A DNA stretch of 64,000 nt from an uncultured Phycisphaerales bacterium (GCA_938084645.1 CALKEP010000008.1:32001-96000); one strand, 5' to 3'. Counted from the first letter of the stretch, positions 9,318 through 19,202 are shown. Made by a program: numbers and translations. The notes: a model not told the origin generated them from the letters alone.

Positions 9318-10573
9318 TCTATCACCTCGTGGAATCGTTGAAGGGGCCGCTCGAGGAGACCGGCCTGATCCGCATCCTTCAAGTCGTCTTCCAGGTCGAG
9401 TTCCGCGCGTTCCTCGCGGTGCTCGTCTCGTTCGGACTGGTGCTTGCGTTCGGGCGTCCGGTCATCCGCTGGCTGCTTCGACAGAAGGTGGGGGACTCGC
9501 CGGAGTTCCACAACGCGGATCTCAACGATCTCATGCGGTCGCGGGCGGGCACGCCGACGATGGGGGGGATCCTGATCTGCGGCTCGATCCTGATCACGAT
9601 CCTGCTGCTCGCGGAGCTTCGAAGTCGCTACATCCACCTCGCGATCGCCGTGCTCGTCGCGTACTCGGTGCTCGGAATGTTCGACGACTGGCTGAAGCTC
9701 ACCTCCGCCCGGCGGACGCCGGGATCCCGGGACGGCCTGCTGCCGTGGGAGAAGCTCCTCTTCCAGCTCGGCCTCGCGGCCCTCTTTTCCTGGGTGATCT
9801 TCACCCAGGCCACGGTCAATCCCATCGGCGGGATCGGTGCCCAGGCGGAGATCTGGCAGGATTCCGCCCGGGTCCTCAACCTGCCGTTCCAGAAGACCTG
9901 GGACACGCCGGTGGAAGCCGACCCCTTCGCCGACGGCGGTGAGACGATGTTCGGACTCCCGTTGAATCCGGGCGTGATCGTGCTCGGGCTCGGCGGCTTC
10001 GTGGTGCTCGGCACCCTCGTGATCGCCGGCACCAGCAACGCCGTCAACATCTCGGACGGCATGGACGGACTCGCCGCGGGCGTGGTGGGCTTCGCGGCGG
10101 TCGCCTTCATGATCCTCGTGCACATCGCGGGAAGTCAGGTCGAAGCCCAGTCGCTGCTGGTGCCGCATGTTCCCGGGACCGCGGACCTGATGGTGGTGGC
10201 CGGCGCGATGATCGGCGCGTGCCTCGGGTTCCTCTGGTTCAACTCGAGCCCCGCGATGGTCTTCATGGGCGACACCGGAAGTCTCGCGCTCGGCGGGCTG
10301 CTCGGCTATCTCGCGGTCGCGATCCGCCAGGAGGCCCTGCTCGTCCTGATCGGGGGCATCTTCTTCCTCGAGATGGGAAGCGTGGTGCTGCAGGTGGGCT
10401 GGTTCAAGTTCACGAGGATTCGCACGGGCAAGGGGCGACGGCTCCTTCGCTGCAGTCCGATCCACCACCACTTCCATCTCGGCGGATGGAGCGAGCAACA
10501 GGTCGTGACCCGATTCTGGTTGATCACCATCGTGCTCTCGATGGCCGCGTTCGCCCTGGTGAAGCTGCGCTGA
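9314..10573 (+). CDS. mraY: Phospho-N-acetylmuramoyl-pentapeptide transferase
   Basis: GTPTMGG, DDWLK, SNAVNISDGMDGLA, VFMGDTGSLALG, PIHHHF; multiple TM helices. Confidence 0.97.
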   Translation: MIYHLVESLKGPLEETGLIRILQVVFQVEFRAFLAVLVSFGLVLAFGRPVIRWLLRQKVGDSPEFHNADLNDLMRSRAGTPTMGGILICGSILITILLLAELRSRYIHLAIAVLVAYSVLGMFDDWLKLTSARRTPGSRDGLLPWEKLLFQLGLAALFSWVIFTQATVNPIGGIGAQAEIWQDSARVLNLPFQKTWDTPVEADPFADGGETMFGLPLNPGVIVLGLGGFVVLGTLVIAGTSNAVNISDGMDGLAAGVVGFAAVAFMILVHIAGSQVEAQSLLVPHVPGTADLMVVAGAMIGACLGFLWFNSSPAMVFMGDTGSLALGGLLGYLAVAIRQEALLVLIGGIFFLEMGSVVLQVGWFKFTRIRTGKGRRLLRCSPIHHHFHLGGWSEQQVVTRFWLITIVLSMAAFALVKLR

Positions 10574-10585
10574 CCAGATCGCCCG

Positions 10586-11806
10586 TCAGTCCCCGGGCGA
10601 GCCGCGGTCGATGTCCACGATCGTCTCCGCCGACTCGACCGGGGACGGGTCGCGATGCTCGCGCAGGGCGTCGAGGAAGCCGCGGATGTCCGGCCAGAGC
10701 GGCGCCTCGAAGGGGCGTCGATCTCCGGAGATCGGATGATCGAACTCGAGTCGGGCCGCATGGAGGGCCTGCCGGGCCATCAGCGGCGCATCGCTCGATC
10801 GGCCGTCGGCTTCGGCGCTTTTCGGGACCACCGCCCGGCGAGGGAGCTTTCGACCGCCGTAGTAGTCGTCGCCGACGATCGGGTGGCCGATCTCGGAGAG
10901 GTGGATGCGGATCTGATGGGTGCGCCCGGTGAGGAGTTGGAGTTCCACGAGCGTGAAGCCGTCGTATCGCTCGCGGACGCGGTAGATCGTCCGGGCCTCC
11001 TTGCCGGCCTCGTCGTGACGGACGGCATAGCGGTCGAAGATCCGTGGGTGACGTCCGAGCGGAAGATCGATCAGGTCCTGATCGCGACGAACCACGCCGT
11101 GGACGATCGCGAGGTAGCGCTTGTCGACGGTGCGGGCCTGGAACTGGTGGCCGAGCCGCCAGTGGGCGGTGTCGGTCTTCGCGGCGACCATCGCGCCCGA
11201 CGTGAAGCGATCGAGTCGATGGACGATGCCGGGGCGGGCGAACTCCTCGCCGACCGAGGAGAGGCCTCCGGACGTCTCATGGCGGAACCGCCAGCTCAGG
11301 GCGTTCACGATGGTCCCCGATTTCATCGCCCGCGCGGGATGGGCGATGATGTCGGGCTGCTTGTTGAGGACGATCAGATGGTCGTCCTCGAACAGGACGT
11401 CGAGCGGGATGTTCTCGGGGGGGATCTCGTTCGAGGGCGGGGGTGGAAGCACCGCCTCGACCACGTCGCCGAGTCGCAGCCGCGTGCTCGCCTTCGGCCG
11501 ACGACCGTTGACGGTCACGGCGTCCTCATCGATGAGCCGTTGCAGGGCGGTCCGACTCATGAAGGGGATGCGATCGACCAGATAGCGATCGAGTCGCTTC
11601 TTGAGGTCCCGGGTCAGCTCGAGCCGGACCTGCACCGGCGTGTCGTCGTCGGATCGGGTCTCATGCTGGCGGTAGATCGCGTCGCGGTCCACCTTGCCGC
11701 CGGCGTCGAAGAGCCTGTCCTCGTCGCCGTCACCGGTCCCGTCCGAGGATTCGGGCGTGGGGGACGCGGGCGGAACGGCGTCATCGGAGTCGTCGCGGTC
11801 GGTCAC
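10586..11806 (-). CDS. rluD: RluA/RluD-family 23S rRNA pseudouridine synthase with S4 domain
   Basis: RLDRYL (S4), GIVHRLDRFTSG catalytic motif, TGRTHQIRIH, RQALHA. Confidence 0.88.
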   Translation of the reverse strand: MTDRDDSDDAVPPASPTPESSDGTGDGDEDRLFDAGGKVDRDAIYRQHETRSDDDTPVQVRLELTRDLKKRLDRYLVDRIPFMSRTALQRLIDEDAVTVNGRRPKASTRLRLGDVVEAVLPPPPSNEIPPENIPLDVLFEDDHLIVLNKQPDIIAHPARAMKSGTIVNALSWRFRHETSGGLSSVGEEFARPGIVHRLDRFTSGAMVAAKTDTAHWRLGHQFQARTVDKRYLAIVHGVVRRDQDLIDLPLGRHPRIFDRYAVRHDEAGKEARTIYRVRERYDGFTLVELQLLTGRTHQIRIHLSEIGHPIVGDDYYGGRKLPRRAVVPKSAEADGRSSDAPLMARQALHAARLEFDHPISGDRRPFEAPLWPDIRGFLDALREHRDPSPVESAETIVDIDRGSPGD

Positions 11807-12624
11807 GGGGCCGCGGGCGTCTCGGCGGTCTCCGCTTCGGGCGTCGGCTCGGCGGCGGCCGCATCGGGGGTCTCGGCCTCCGCGTCGTCCTCGGCCTCGA
11901 ACATCTCGAGCAGATCGTCCGCGGCGGGGATCGTGAAGGCTTCTTCCTCGCCGACCGCGATCACCGGGAGGTCGGCCTGCTTCGGAAGCGTCGAGTGGGC
12001 GGCGATGCCGTCGAGGTTCTCGAGTCGAGCGGACGCCTGTTCTGCCAGCGGGGGGTACTCCGGCATCGAGATCTCCGCCACTTGCTTGAGATGCGTTCGC
12101 GCCTCATCGAGCCGGCCGGCGCTTTCCGCGACCGCGGCTCGCCCGAAGAGGCCCGCGATCATCATCGGCTTGCCGGCGAATCCGGGTCGGGCCGAGGCGA
12201 GTTGGACCGCCTCGGCAAAGAACGCGTCCGCCTCCTGAAGCGTGCTCGCCTTGTCTTCGGGGGTCAGTTCGGCCCCTTCGTCACCTGCGGCGAGCCCGGG
12301 ACGCAGCCCGGACCTGGCCGACTGCAGGAGAATGTCCCCGGCGGTGAGGAACGAGAGTTCCGCGACGCCGTCGACGGCCGCGTGGGTGTCGGCGACGCCG
12401 CGAAGGGCGGCCGGACTCGTCGCGGAGGCGAGTTCGGTCCATGCCGTGTCGATCGCTTGATCCTGCTTGCGGTTCCACCAGTCCCACGCGAGGAATGCGC
12501 AGGCGACGAGCAGCAGCATGAGCAGGTAGTTCATGCCGGACGTCTTGAGCCAGGCCACGAACTCGTGATTGAGGCGGGAATCGGTCAGGTCGGTGGTCTG
12601 GACCTGCTTGAGACGATCGTCCAT
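11803..12624 (-). CDS. Membrane-anchored helical protein (YfgM/TPR_21-like)
   Basis: Single N-terminal TM (YLLMLLLVACAFLAWDWW), then helical repeats and an acidic tail; GTGA overlap with the rluD-like gene. Confidence 0.65.
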   Translation of the reverse strand: MDDRLKQVQTTDLTDSRLNHEFVAWLKTSGMNYLLMLLLVACAFLAWDWWNRKQDQAIDTAWTELASATSPAALRGVADTHAAVDGVAELSFLTAGDILLQSARSGLRPGLAAGDEGAELTPEDKASTLQEADAFFAEAVQLASARPGFAGKPMMIAGLFGRAAVAESAGRLDEARTHLKQVAEISMPEYPPLAEQASARLENLDGIAAHSTLPKQADLPVIAVGEEEAFTIPAADDLLEMFEAEDDAEAETPDAAAAEPTPEAETAETPAAP

Positions 12625-12761
12625 GGTCGGGGCGCTCCACACGGTGTCCAGTCCGTCGACCGACGACGGTGCTGGACCCCGCATGGTAGCACGCCCGCCG
12701 CCGGGTACGAGCGGCCTTCAGGATCGTGGAATCGCCGTTCCGAGTCCATCGAGGCACAGGC

Positions 12762-13745
12762 TCAGGCGAATCGGCGCAGACCCCGCTCAAGCCGATCGAG
12801 AGCCGCATCCAGGTACAGGGGGACCCCTTCGGTCCTCAGGAAGGCGGGGGCGCACGCGGCGATGAGGATCCGACGCAGATCCGCGAGTCGGGGGTGGTCC
12901 TCGTCCACCTCCAGCCCGAGTCGTCGTCGGGCGGCGGCCAGCAGTCGGACCGGGTTTCGTCCCTTCAGCCGTTCAGGCCGGGCCCAGTGCAGTCGCTCGA
13001 GGTAGACCGCGTCCTCCACCCAGTGTCCGGGTCGGACCTCGGCGAGATCGATCAGGACCACCGGGCCCGTTCCAGACTCGTCTCGGACCATGCCATTGGC
13101 GAGGTGAAGATCGCCATGGATCCACCCGATCGGAGCGCGATTCCGCCACTCCTCGACGAGGTCGTCGAAATCTCGGGCCACCGACTTCAGGATCTTCCGC
13201 CATCGAGTCGCTTGACTGATCTTCTGGCCACGCACCGCTTCGCGCGATCGCTTGAAAAGCTCCTCCCAGTCCTCCTGACGACTCGGACGGTCGATGGCGT
13301 GACCCGCGGCCGCGGCTTGGAAACGGGCCGCGGCATCGGTCATCCGAAGAATGTGGTCGTCTTCCCAGTGCGTGCCGAGCGGTCCGAAGGGCAGGTGTTC
13401 GATGACGACCCAGGCGAGCTCGTATCCACCGAGCGCCGCACCGGATGCGAAGAGTCTCGGAACGGGGAGCGGGGCGGTCGTGTCCTGAAGCCGGCCGAGC
13501 CAGCGATACTCCCGCTCGCTCACGGGAAGCTTGACCACCACCTCGACCTGCTGGCCCGTCGGCTCGGTCCATTTCGCCCGGCCGGTCGCGGCGCCGCTGC
13601 GCTGCCAGTCGGTTCGGAACCATCGGATCTCGCCCAGGCGTCCTTCGAGGGTCTCCCGGAGCACCGGGCCGAGGGCGTGGCCGAGGATCGTCCGGCGCTC
13701 GTCGCTCGAAATCGAGGCCGAGGTTTCTTCCGGGTCCGGAGTCAT
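12762..13745 (-). CDS. Aminoglycoside-phosphotransferase-like (APH/choline kinase family) kinase
   Basis: VVVK, WIHGDLHLAN (Brenner motif), VLIDLAE. True start is at 13745 within the long 905-aa ORF call. Confidence 0.82.
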   Translation of the reverse strand: MTPDPEETSASISSDERRTILGHALGPVLRETLEGRLGEIRWFRTDWQRSGAATGRAKWTEPTGQQVEVVVKLPVSEREYRWLGRLQDTTAPLPVPRLFASGAALGGYELAWVVIEHLPFGPLGTHWEDDHILRMTDAAARFQAAAAGHAIDRPSRQEDWEELFKRSREAVRGQKISQATRWRKILKSVARDFDDLVEEWRNRAPIGWIHGDLHLANGMVRDESGTGPVVLIDLAEVRPGHWVEDAVYLERLHWARPERLKGRNPVRLLAAARRRLGLEVDEDHPRLADLRRILIAACAPAFLRTEGVPLYLDAALDRLERGLRRFA

Positions 13746-13753
13746 GCCCGTGA

Positions 13754-13759
13754 ATCCTA
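13754..13759 (-). promoter_or_regulatory. Putative extended -10 (TGcTAGGAT) 8 nt upstream of the kinase ATG
   Basis: Minus strand reads gTGcTAGGATtcacgggcATG. Confidence 0.45.
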
Positions 13760-13844
13760 GCACGCGGCTTTGACGGTCCGGGGTCACGGATCCCGTATGC
13801 TCCAACGCTCCTTTTCCACCTCCGGAAGACCGATTCCATCCACC

Positions 13845-14699
13845 ATGAAGCCCAGTCTCATCGCCATCGATCTCGACGGAACGCTGCTCACCCGGGCCGG
13901 GGTCTCCGACGCCGATCGCGACGCGATCAACGCGGCTCGCGACGCGGGCGTGGAGATCGTGATCGCGACCGGGAGATCCTGGTCGGAATCGCTCGAGGCG
14001 CTTCGGCCGCTCGAGGCGACCGGCCCGATGATCGCGGCGGGGGGAGCGCTGCTGCACGACGCGGCGACGGGTGAGACCATCGCGCGAAGCGTGGTGCATC
14101 CCGAGGTCGCCTCGGCGGTGGCGACGAACCTGCGTCGTCACGGTCACGTCGTCCATCTCCTCCAGGACGCTCCGGAAGCAGGATGCGACTACTGGATGAT
14201 CGGGAACGACGCCGTCAGCGAGGCGACCCGCTGGTGGTTCGAACGGCACGACGTGAACGCCCGCTGGGTCGAACATCTGGCCGACGTCCCGACGCTGGAG
14301 CACACCGTCCGCGTCGGGACCACCGCGGTCGGTTCGGTCCTGGGCCACGTGGTCGAGGAGATCCGTGAAGAACTCGGGGATCGCGTCGTGCTTCAGGCCT
14401 GGGAGGCGGTCGTCGAATCCGAGGTGGCCGGTGATCGCATCCATCTGCTCGAGGCGTTCGACCCCAGCGTGGACAAGTGGACGATGCTCGACTGGATCGC
14501 GCGGACGCGGGGGTTCGAGCGCGAGGCGGTGGTGGCCATCGGGGACGGCCTGAACGACGTGGGCATGGTGGGGAATGCGGGCGTCGGAATCGCGATGGAG
14601 AACGCCGATCCGCGGGTGGTCGCGGTCGCGGATCGACGAACCGGGCCGCCGGGAACCGGGGTGGGGGACGCGATTCGTCGACTGCTCGGGCACGACTGA
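13845..14699 (+). CDS. Cof-type HAD-IIB hydrolase/phosphatase
   Basis: IDLDGTLL, IATGRS, VDK, AIGDGLNDVGM, AMENA motifs. Confidence 0.92.
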   Translation: MKPSLIAIDLDGTLLTRAGVSDADRDAINAARDAGVEIVIATGRSWSESLEALRPLEATGPMIAAGGALLHDAATGETIARSVVHPEVASAVATNLRRHGHVVHLLQDAPEAGCDYWMIGNDAVSEATRWWFERHDVNARWVEHLADVPTLEHTVRVGTTAVGSVLGHVVEEIREELGDRVVLQAWEAVVESEVAGDRIHLLEAFDPSVDKWTMLDWIARTRGFEREAVVAIGDGLNDVGMVGNAGVGIAMENADPRVVAVADRRTGPPGTGVGDAIRRLLGHD

Positions 14700-14715
14700 C
14701 CCGGTCCACGCCTCG

Positions 14716-14721
14716 TACAAT
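14716..14721 (+). promoter_or_regulatory. Putative -10 element (TACAAT) 6 nt upstream of GTG 14728
   Basis: TACAATcgatccGTG; near-consensus hexamer in a very GC-rich context. Confidence 0.55.
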
Positions 14722-14727
14722 CGATCC

Positions 14728-17700
14728 GTGCTGGAAGCCCCACGACGCTCGCCGATCGTCGATGCCGAGGTGTTCGACCGCGCCGAAGGACGCGAGCTCA
14801 TGGACGCCCCGGCGGTGGTGCTCAAGGGCGTGCTCGAATCCGAGGTGGCGATCGGCGGGCTGCTCGTCGACGTCGATGGGGCGTTCGATCGCCTGCTTGC
14901 GGCGTCCGAGGATCCGGTGATCGCCCGTGTCCTGAACCGACACCGGCTCGCCTTCATCGCACGACGAAGCCCCGAACGACGACTCGTCGAGGCGGGGCGG
15001 CTCGCGGATCGCGGCGCGGCCGTCGCGATCGTCGCGACGCACGAGATCCCCCGGGCCGTCGACGCCATCGGCCGAGGTGGCGACGCCGCCCGCCGGGGCC
15101 TGGTCGTGATCGCGGTGGACGATCCGCAGGCGGCCCCGGGCACCCCGGCACGATCCCTGCTCGCCGGACTCGGGATCCCGGTGCTCGAGACCACCGATCT
15201 CGACGACCTCCGATTCAAGATCGAACACGCGGCGCGGCTCGCCGACGTGTCCGACGGTCCGGCCGCGATCATCATCGACGCGTCCCTGCTGTCCGTCGCG
15301 GTGACCATCACCGTCCGGGCGAATCGGATCGTCGAGACCATCGACACCGCGGCCTCCCTGCGGCGGCGGCGCGGCCCGAGACTGGTCGGCGGCGAGGACC
15401 TCACTCGACTGGGGCGTCGTCTCGAACTCGACTCGGCGATGGGGATGCCGAGTCCCGGCGAACGCGAGACCGTCGCCATCGTGGCTTCCGGCCTCGCGTC
15501 CCGTTCGGTTCGTCACGTGCTGGAGGAGACCCGCCTCACCGGACGGGTTCCGGCGATCCACGTCGGGCTCGTGAATCCGCTCGATGTCTCCTTGATCGAA
15601 CGTCTGCTCACGCGTTCGCGCACCGTGCTGGTGATCGAGACCCGTCCCGGACTGCTCGCGGCGCCGGTGATCGAGATCGCGGAACGACTTCGGCGGCGCG
15701 GCGAGATCGTCGCGGAAGTCGCATGGCGACAGGTTCCCGGCGGCAGCGACGCGGTCATCGAACCGGGCGACGCTCGAGATCCTTCCACGCTCGCGATGAA
15801 GCTTCGGGATGTCCTGCTGGAGATCCGCCCGACCCTCGAACTGCCCGGAGCGGATCCGGCCGTGGAGGCGTCGGCAGCCGACGAGTCGTCCCGACTGGTG
15901 CCGGTGCGAAGCGGACAGGTCGGCCGCGGACTTCTGCAGACGGTTCGACGCGCGTGCGTCTCCGCGGACCGGATGCTCCGCCGCGTCGTCGAGGAGGGGG
16001 AGGAGCCGCTCGCGCTGGCGATCAACGGCCGCCCACCGGCGGGATTCACCGGCCGGGTCGTCGCGGTCGAGATCGTGGAACGTCGACGGCTGCTCGAAGA
16101 GGCGGTGTTGCTCGCGGCGGCCCGGGACGTCGGGCGTCCCTGGGTCACGATCCTCGTCGACGACGACGGCGGTGACGAACTCGACGCCGGCCGTCTCCTG
16201 ACCGCGGCCATCCCCACGGTCGGTGAGAACCCGGCCCGGGTCCGTCGCGTCGAGGTCGAGGACGAGAGTTCGCTCCGCCGGGACATCGGCGAAGCGGTGC
16301 GGGCCGCCCACCCCACGGTCCTGGTGCTTCGTCGGCGCGAGAAGGGCGTCGCCCGCGATCTCGAGGAGATCGATCGACTCGGATATTCACCGCTCCTGCG
16401 AGTCAAGACCCGGATCGACGATGCGTGCGGGGTGCGACCGTTCGCGGAGCCCACCGTCGACAGCTCGCTTCCACGACCCGACGACGTCGAGGGCCGGTAC
16501 CGCTTCGAACCGGTGCGAAGCCGGCTTCGACGATCGTTCGTCCTTCGGGTCGGTCGACTGCTCGAGATCTCCGAACTCGTGCGACAGCGAAGCCCGCAGG
16601 TCGCCACGCCCGTGCCGCAGGATCTCGGAATCACCGTGCCGACGCTTCGTCACCGTGGTCGAGGTCGCTGGCGATTCCACGTCGCGGGCGTGCGTGGGGT
16701 CTCACCCGGTGGCGCGGCGAGCCTCGTCGCGATCGCCGGACGGATCATGGGCTTCGACGTGCGACTCGCGAATCTCGGTTCCGCCCGGTCCTCGAATCCC
16801 TCGGCGTGGTCGCAGGTGCTCTTCACCCGGCCGGCGCGGGAGGACGTGGTCGACACGCTGGTCCCCTCGATTCCCCCCGGCGAGGCCGACGTGGTGCTCG
16901 GGGTCGATCCGATCGAGACGCTGCGGGCGATCGCGACCGATCCCGATCTCCGGATCTCGACCCCGGGTCGCACCGCGATCGTGGCCAACACGGAGCCCCC
17001 GCCGGACGAGCGGGCCTCCCTTCCCGACGTCGCGGCGACGCTTCGGTCGGAAGCGACTCGGCACTGTGGGACGCCGGACGATGTGGTCGACGCGATTCTC
17101 CCCAAGGTCATCCAGCAATTCGGCAATCGGCGCCTGCTCGACGTGGTGCTCGCGGGAATCGCGTATCAGCGAGGGCTCGTCCCGGTCTCGCTCGAGGCGA
17201 TCACCGAGGCCGCGCAGCGACTGGAGCGGGTCGGTTTCGGCCGCACCGGGGAGGCGTTCCGATTCGGACGGTTGCTGGCCGAATCGCCGCAGTCCGGTGG
17301 GAGCGCGGCTTCGGCGACCGTCGAGCCGTTTGCGAGACGTCGGCGGGAGATCGTGCTCGAGACGAGGCTGCACCGCGGGGCGACTTCCGCCCGCTGGCTC
17401 GATCAGAGGATCCAGCGACTCCTCGAGACGGTTCCCGGACTGCTCGAGACCGAGGCCGGGCGGTTGGCGCTCGACGATCTGCTCCTGGCCGTCGCGAGTC
17501 TGTTCCGGCGCGGTGGGCGGCCGCTGGTCGACCAGTACCTCGACCGGATCGGTCAACTGCACGCCGCGGATCGAGGCGATACGGGTCGTGAACTCACGCG
17601 ATTCGCGATTCTTCCACTGGGTGAAGCAATGCTGGCCCGGGACCTCTTCGCGCTGGCGGTCGCCGCGAGCAGTCTCGATCATCGTCGCCGCCTTCGGCGA

Positions 17701-18060
17701 CGACTCGGCGTGCGACGAGCCCGCGGTGACCGGCTCGAGCGGGTCTATCTCGCTCGGGTCGACCTCGTGGCGTTCGACCGAAGGATGCGGGCGGAGATTC
17801 CGATCCGCGACTGGCTCCCTCCGATCATCGCGAAGATCGGGCGGTTCATTCCCGAATCCCGTCGCGGTGATCGTGAATCGCGGGCCCGGCGCGTGGCGAT
17901 CGAGAGCGGCATCGACCGCGCCATCCGGGAGATCGGGGATCCGGGCGAATACGCGAGGTGGTCAACCGTCTTCCGCGCGTGGCATGAGCTGGCGTCGGAC
18001 GGTCGGCTGCACGAGACCTCGGTTTCGGGGCTGGTCCGGCTGGGACGCACGGAGGACTGA
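14728..18060 (+). CDS. Degenerate indolepyruvate:ferredoxin oxidoreductase-like protein (fused IorA/IorB-like plus C-terminal helical domain)
   Basis: Domain order and residual motifs: GLVVIAVDDP, AIVASGLA, GLVNPLD...VLVIE, FHVAGVRG, IPPGEADVVLGVDPIETLR, TAIVANT, AYQRGLVPVS...AFRFGR. Only 3 Cys; no TPP motif. Confidence 0.68.
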   Translation: MLEAPRRSPIVDAEVFDRAEGRELMDAPAVVLKGVLESEVAIGGLLVDVDGAFDRLLAASEDPVIARVLNRHRLAFIARRSPERRLVEAGRLADRGAAVAIVATHEIPRAVDAIGRGGDAARRGLVVIAVDDPQAAPGTPARSLLAGLGIPVLETTDLDDLRFKIEHAARLADVSDGPAAIIIDASLLSVAVTITVRANRIVETIDTAASLRRRRGPRLVGGEDLTRLGRRLELDSAMGMPSPGERETVAIVASGLASRSVRHVLEETRLTGRVPAIHVGLVNPLDVSLIERLLTRSRTVLVIETRPGLLAAPVIEIAERLRRRGEIVAEVAWRQVPGGSDAVIEPGDARDPSTLAMKLRDVLLEIRPTLELPGADPAVEASAADESSRLVPVRSGQVGRGLLQTVRRACVSADRMLRRVVEEGEEPLALAINGRPPAGFTGRVVAVEIVERRRLLEEAVLLAAARDVGRPWVTILVDDDGGDELDAGRLLTAAIPTVGENPARVRRVEVEDESSLRRDIGEAVRAAHPTVLVLRRREKGVARDLEEIDRLGYSPLLRVKTRIDDACGVRPFAEPTVDSSLPRPDDVEGRYRFEPVRSRLRRSFVLRVGRLLEISELVRQRSPQVATPVPQDLGITVPTLRHRGRGRWRFHVAGVRGVSPGGAASLVAIAGRIMGFDVRLANLGSARSSNPSAWSQVLFTRPAREDVVDTLVPSIPPGEADVVLGVDPIETLRAIATDPDLRISTPGRTAIVANTEPPPDERASLPDVAATLRSEATRHCGTPDDVVDAILPKVIQQFGNRRLLDVVLAGIAYQRGLVPVSLEAITEAAQRLERVGFGRTGEAFRFGRLLAESPQSGGSAASATVEPFARRRREIVLETRLHRGATSARWLDQRIQRLLETVPGLLETEAGRLALDDLLLAVASLFRRGGRPLVDQYLDRIGQLHAADRGDTGRELTRFAILPLGEAMLARDLFALAVAASSLDHRRRLRRRLGVRRARGDRLERVYLARVDLVAFDRRMRAEIPIRDWLPPIIAKIGRFIPESRRGDRESRARRVAIESGIDRAIREIGDPGEYARWSTVFRAWHELASDGRLHETSVSGLVRLGRTED

Positions 18061-18065
18061 CCGGA

Positions 18066-19202
18066 TCAATCGGCCCGCTGCTCCACGCGTCCGTCGTGTC
18101 GACGTTCGTGTCGGAGCTGGCCACACGCCGCGGCGATGTCCCGACCGCGGCTCGCCCGGATGTGGGCGTTGACGCCTCGGCGTCGAAGCTCCGCCTGGAA
18201 TCGATGCACGTCGTCCGAGGACGGCCGCTGGAAGGGGAGTCCCGCGACCTCGTTGTACCGGATCAGGTTCACGTTGCACCGGAGCCGTCCCGCGTGGGCG
18301 GCGAGTTCGCGGGCGTGTTCGACGCGGTCGTTGAATCCACCGAGGAGGATGTACTCGACGGTGATCTCGCGGCCCGAACGCCGGAAGTACTCCTGGCAGG
18401 CGTCGAGGAGTTCCGGAACGGTGGAATACGTCGCCCACGGAATGATCTCGCGTCGCAGGTCGTCGTTCGGAGCGTGAAGGCTCAGCGCCAGCGTCACCGG
18501 CAGTTCGAAGGTCGAGAACTTCCGGATCGCGGTCGGCAGGCCCACCGTCGAGACGGTGATCCGACGGGCGGAGATTCCCAGCCCCCACGGTGCATGCAGG
18601 GTGCGGATCGCGTCGGTGACCGCGGACAGGTTCGCGAGGGGTTCGCCCATGCCCATGAAGACCACGTTGGTGATCCGCCCCGAATCGGGGAGGCGGCCCA
18701 GTCGCCATGCCTGCTCGACGATCCGACCTCGAGTGAGGTTGCCTTCGAGGCCGCCGAGCCCACTTGCGCAGAAGCGACAGCCGACGGGGCATCCCACCTG
18801 GCTCGAGATGCACGCGGTCCGCCGATCCTCGGTGGGGATCATCACGCACTCGGTCTGTTTCTCGGGGTCCTGCCCGAGCACCTTCAACGAGCCGTCGTGG
18901 GCCTCGGAGGAGTCCGGCCAACCCATCAGGATCTTCCGGGTTCCGTCGCTCGCGACGGGGGCCGCGAGCTCCACGGCCTCTCCGAATCGGAAGGACTCGA
19001 GAAGACGTTCGCGGCCCAGGCGGGAGACGTCGGTCATCAGCTTCGGATCGATCACACCCCGTTCATGGACCCATCGAAGGACCTGATCCCCCAGGTAGCG
19101 AGGAAGATCGTTCTCCACCGCCCACCGCCGGAGCGAATCCGGATCCTGGTCGAAGATGCTCGATCCGCGTCGCTCGGGCGACGTCGACGCGTCGTCGCTC
19201 AT
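18066..19202 (-). CDS. rlmN: 23S rRNA m2A2503/tRNA methyltransferase (radical SAM)
   Basis: CISSQVGCPVGCRFC, VFMGMGEP, SLHAP, EYILL, AACGQL. Confidence 0.96.
   Translation of the reverse strand: MSDDASTSPERRGSSIFDQDPDSLRRWAVENDLPRYLGDQVLRWVHERGVIDPKLMTDVSRLGRERLLESFRFGEAVELAAPVASDGTRKILMGWPDSSEAHDGSLKVLGQDPEKQTECVMIPTEDRRTACISSQVGCPVGCRFCASGLGGLEGNLTRGRIVEQAWRLGRLPDSGRITNVVFMGMGEPLANLSAVTDAIRTLHAPWGLGISARRITVSTVGLPTAIRKFSTFELPVTLALSLHAPNDDLRREIIPWATYSTVPELLDACQEYFRRSGREITVEYILLGGFNDRVEHARELAAHAGRLRCNVNLIRYNEVAGLPFQRPSSDDVHRFQAELRRRGVNAHIRASRGRDIAAACGQLRHERRHDGRVEQRAD

Noticed and set aside
12762..13745. Aminoglycoside resistance gene
   Set aside because: Only generic APH/choline-kinase fold motifs in a core-genome context; no evidence for antibiotic specificity
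13746..15479. 905-aa minus-strand ORF 12762..15479 as one large kinase fusion
   Set aside because: The upstream part is the antisense shadow of the HAD and IOR-like genes; only 12762..13745 has kinase motifs and its own -10
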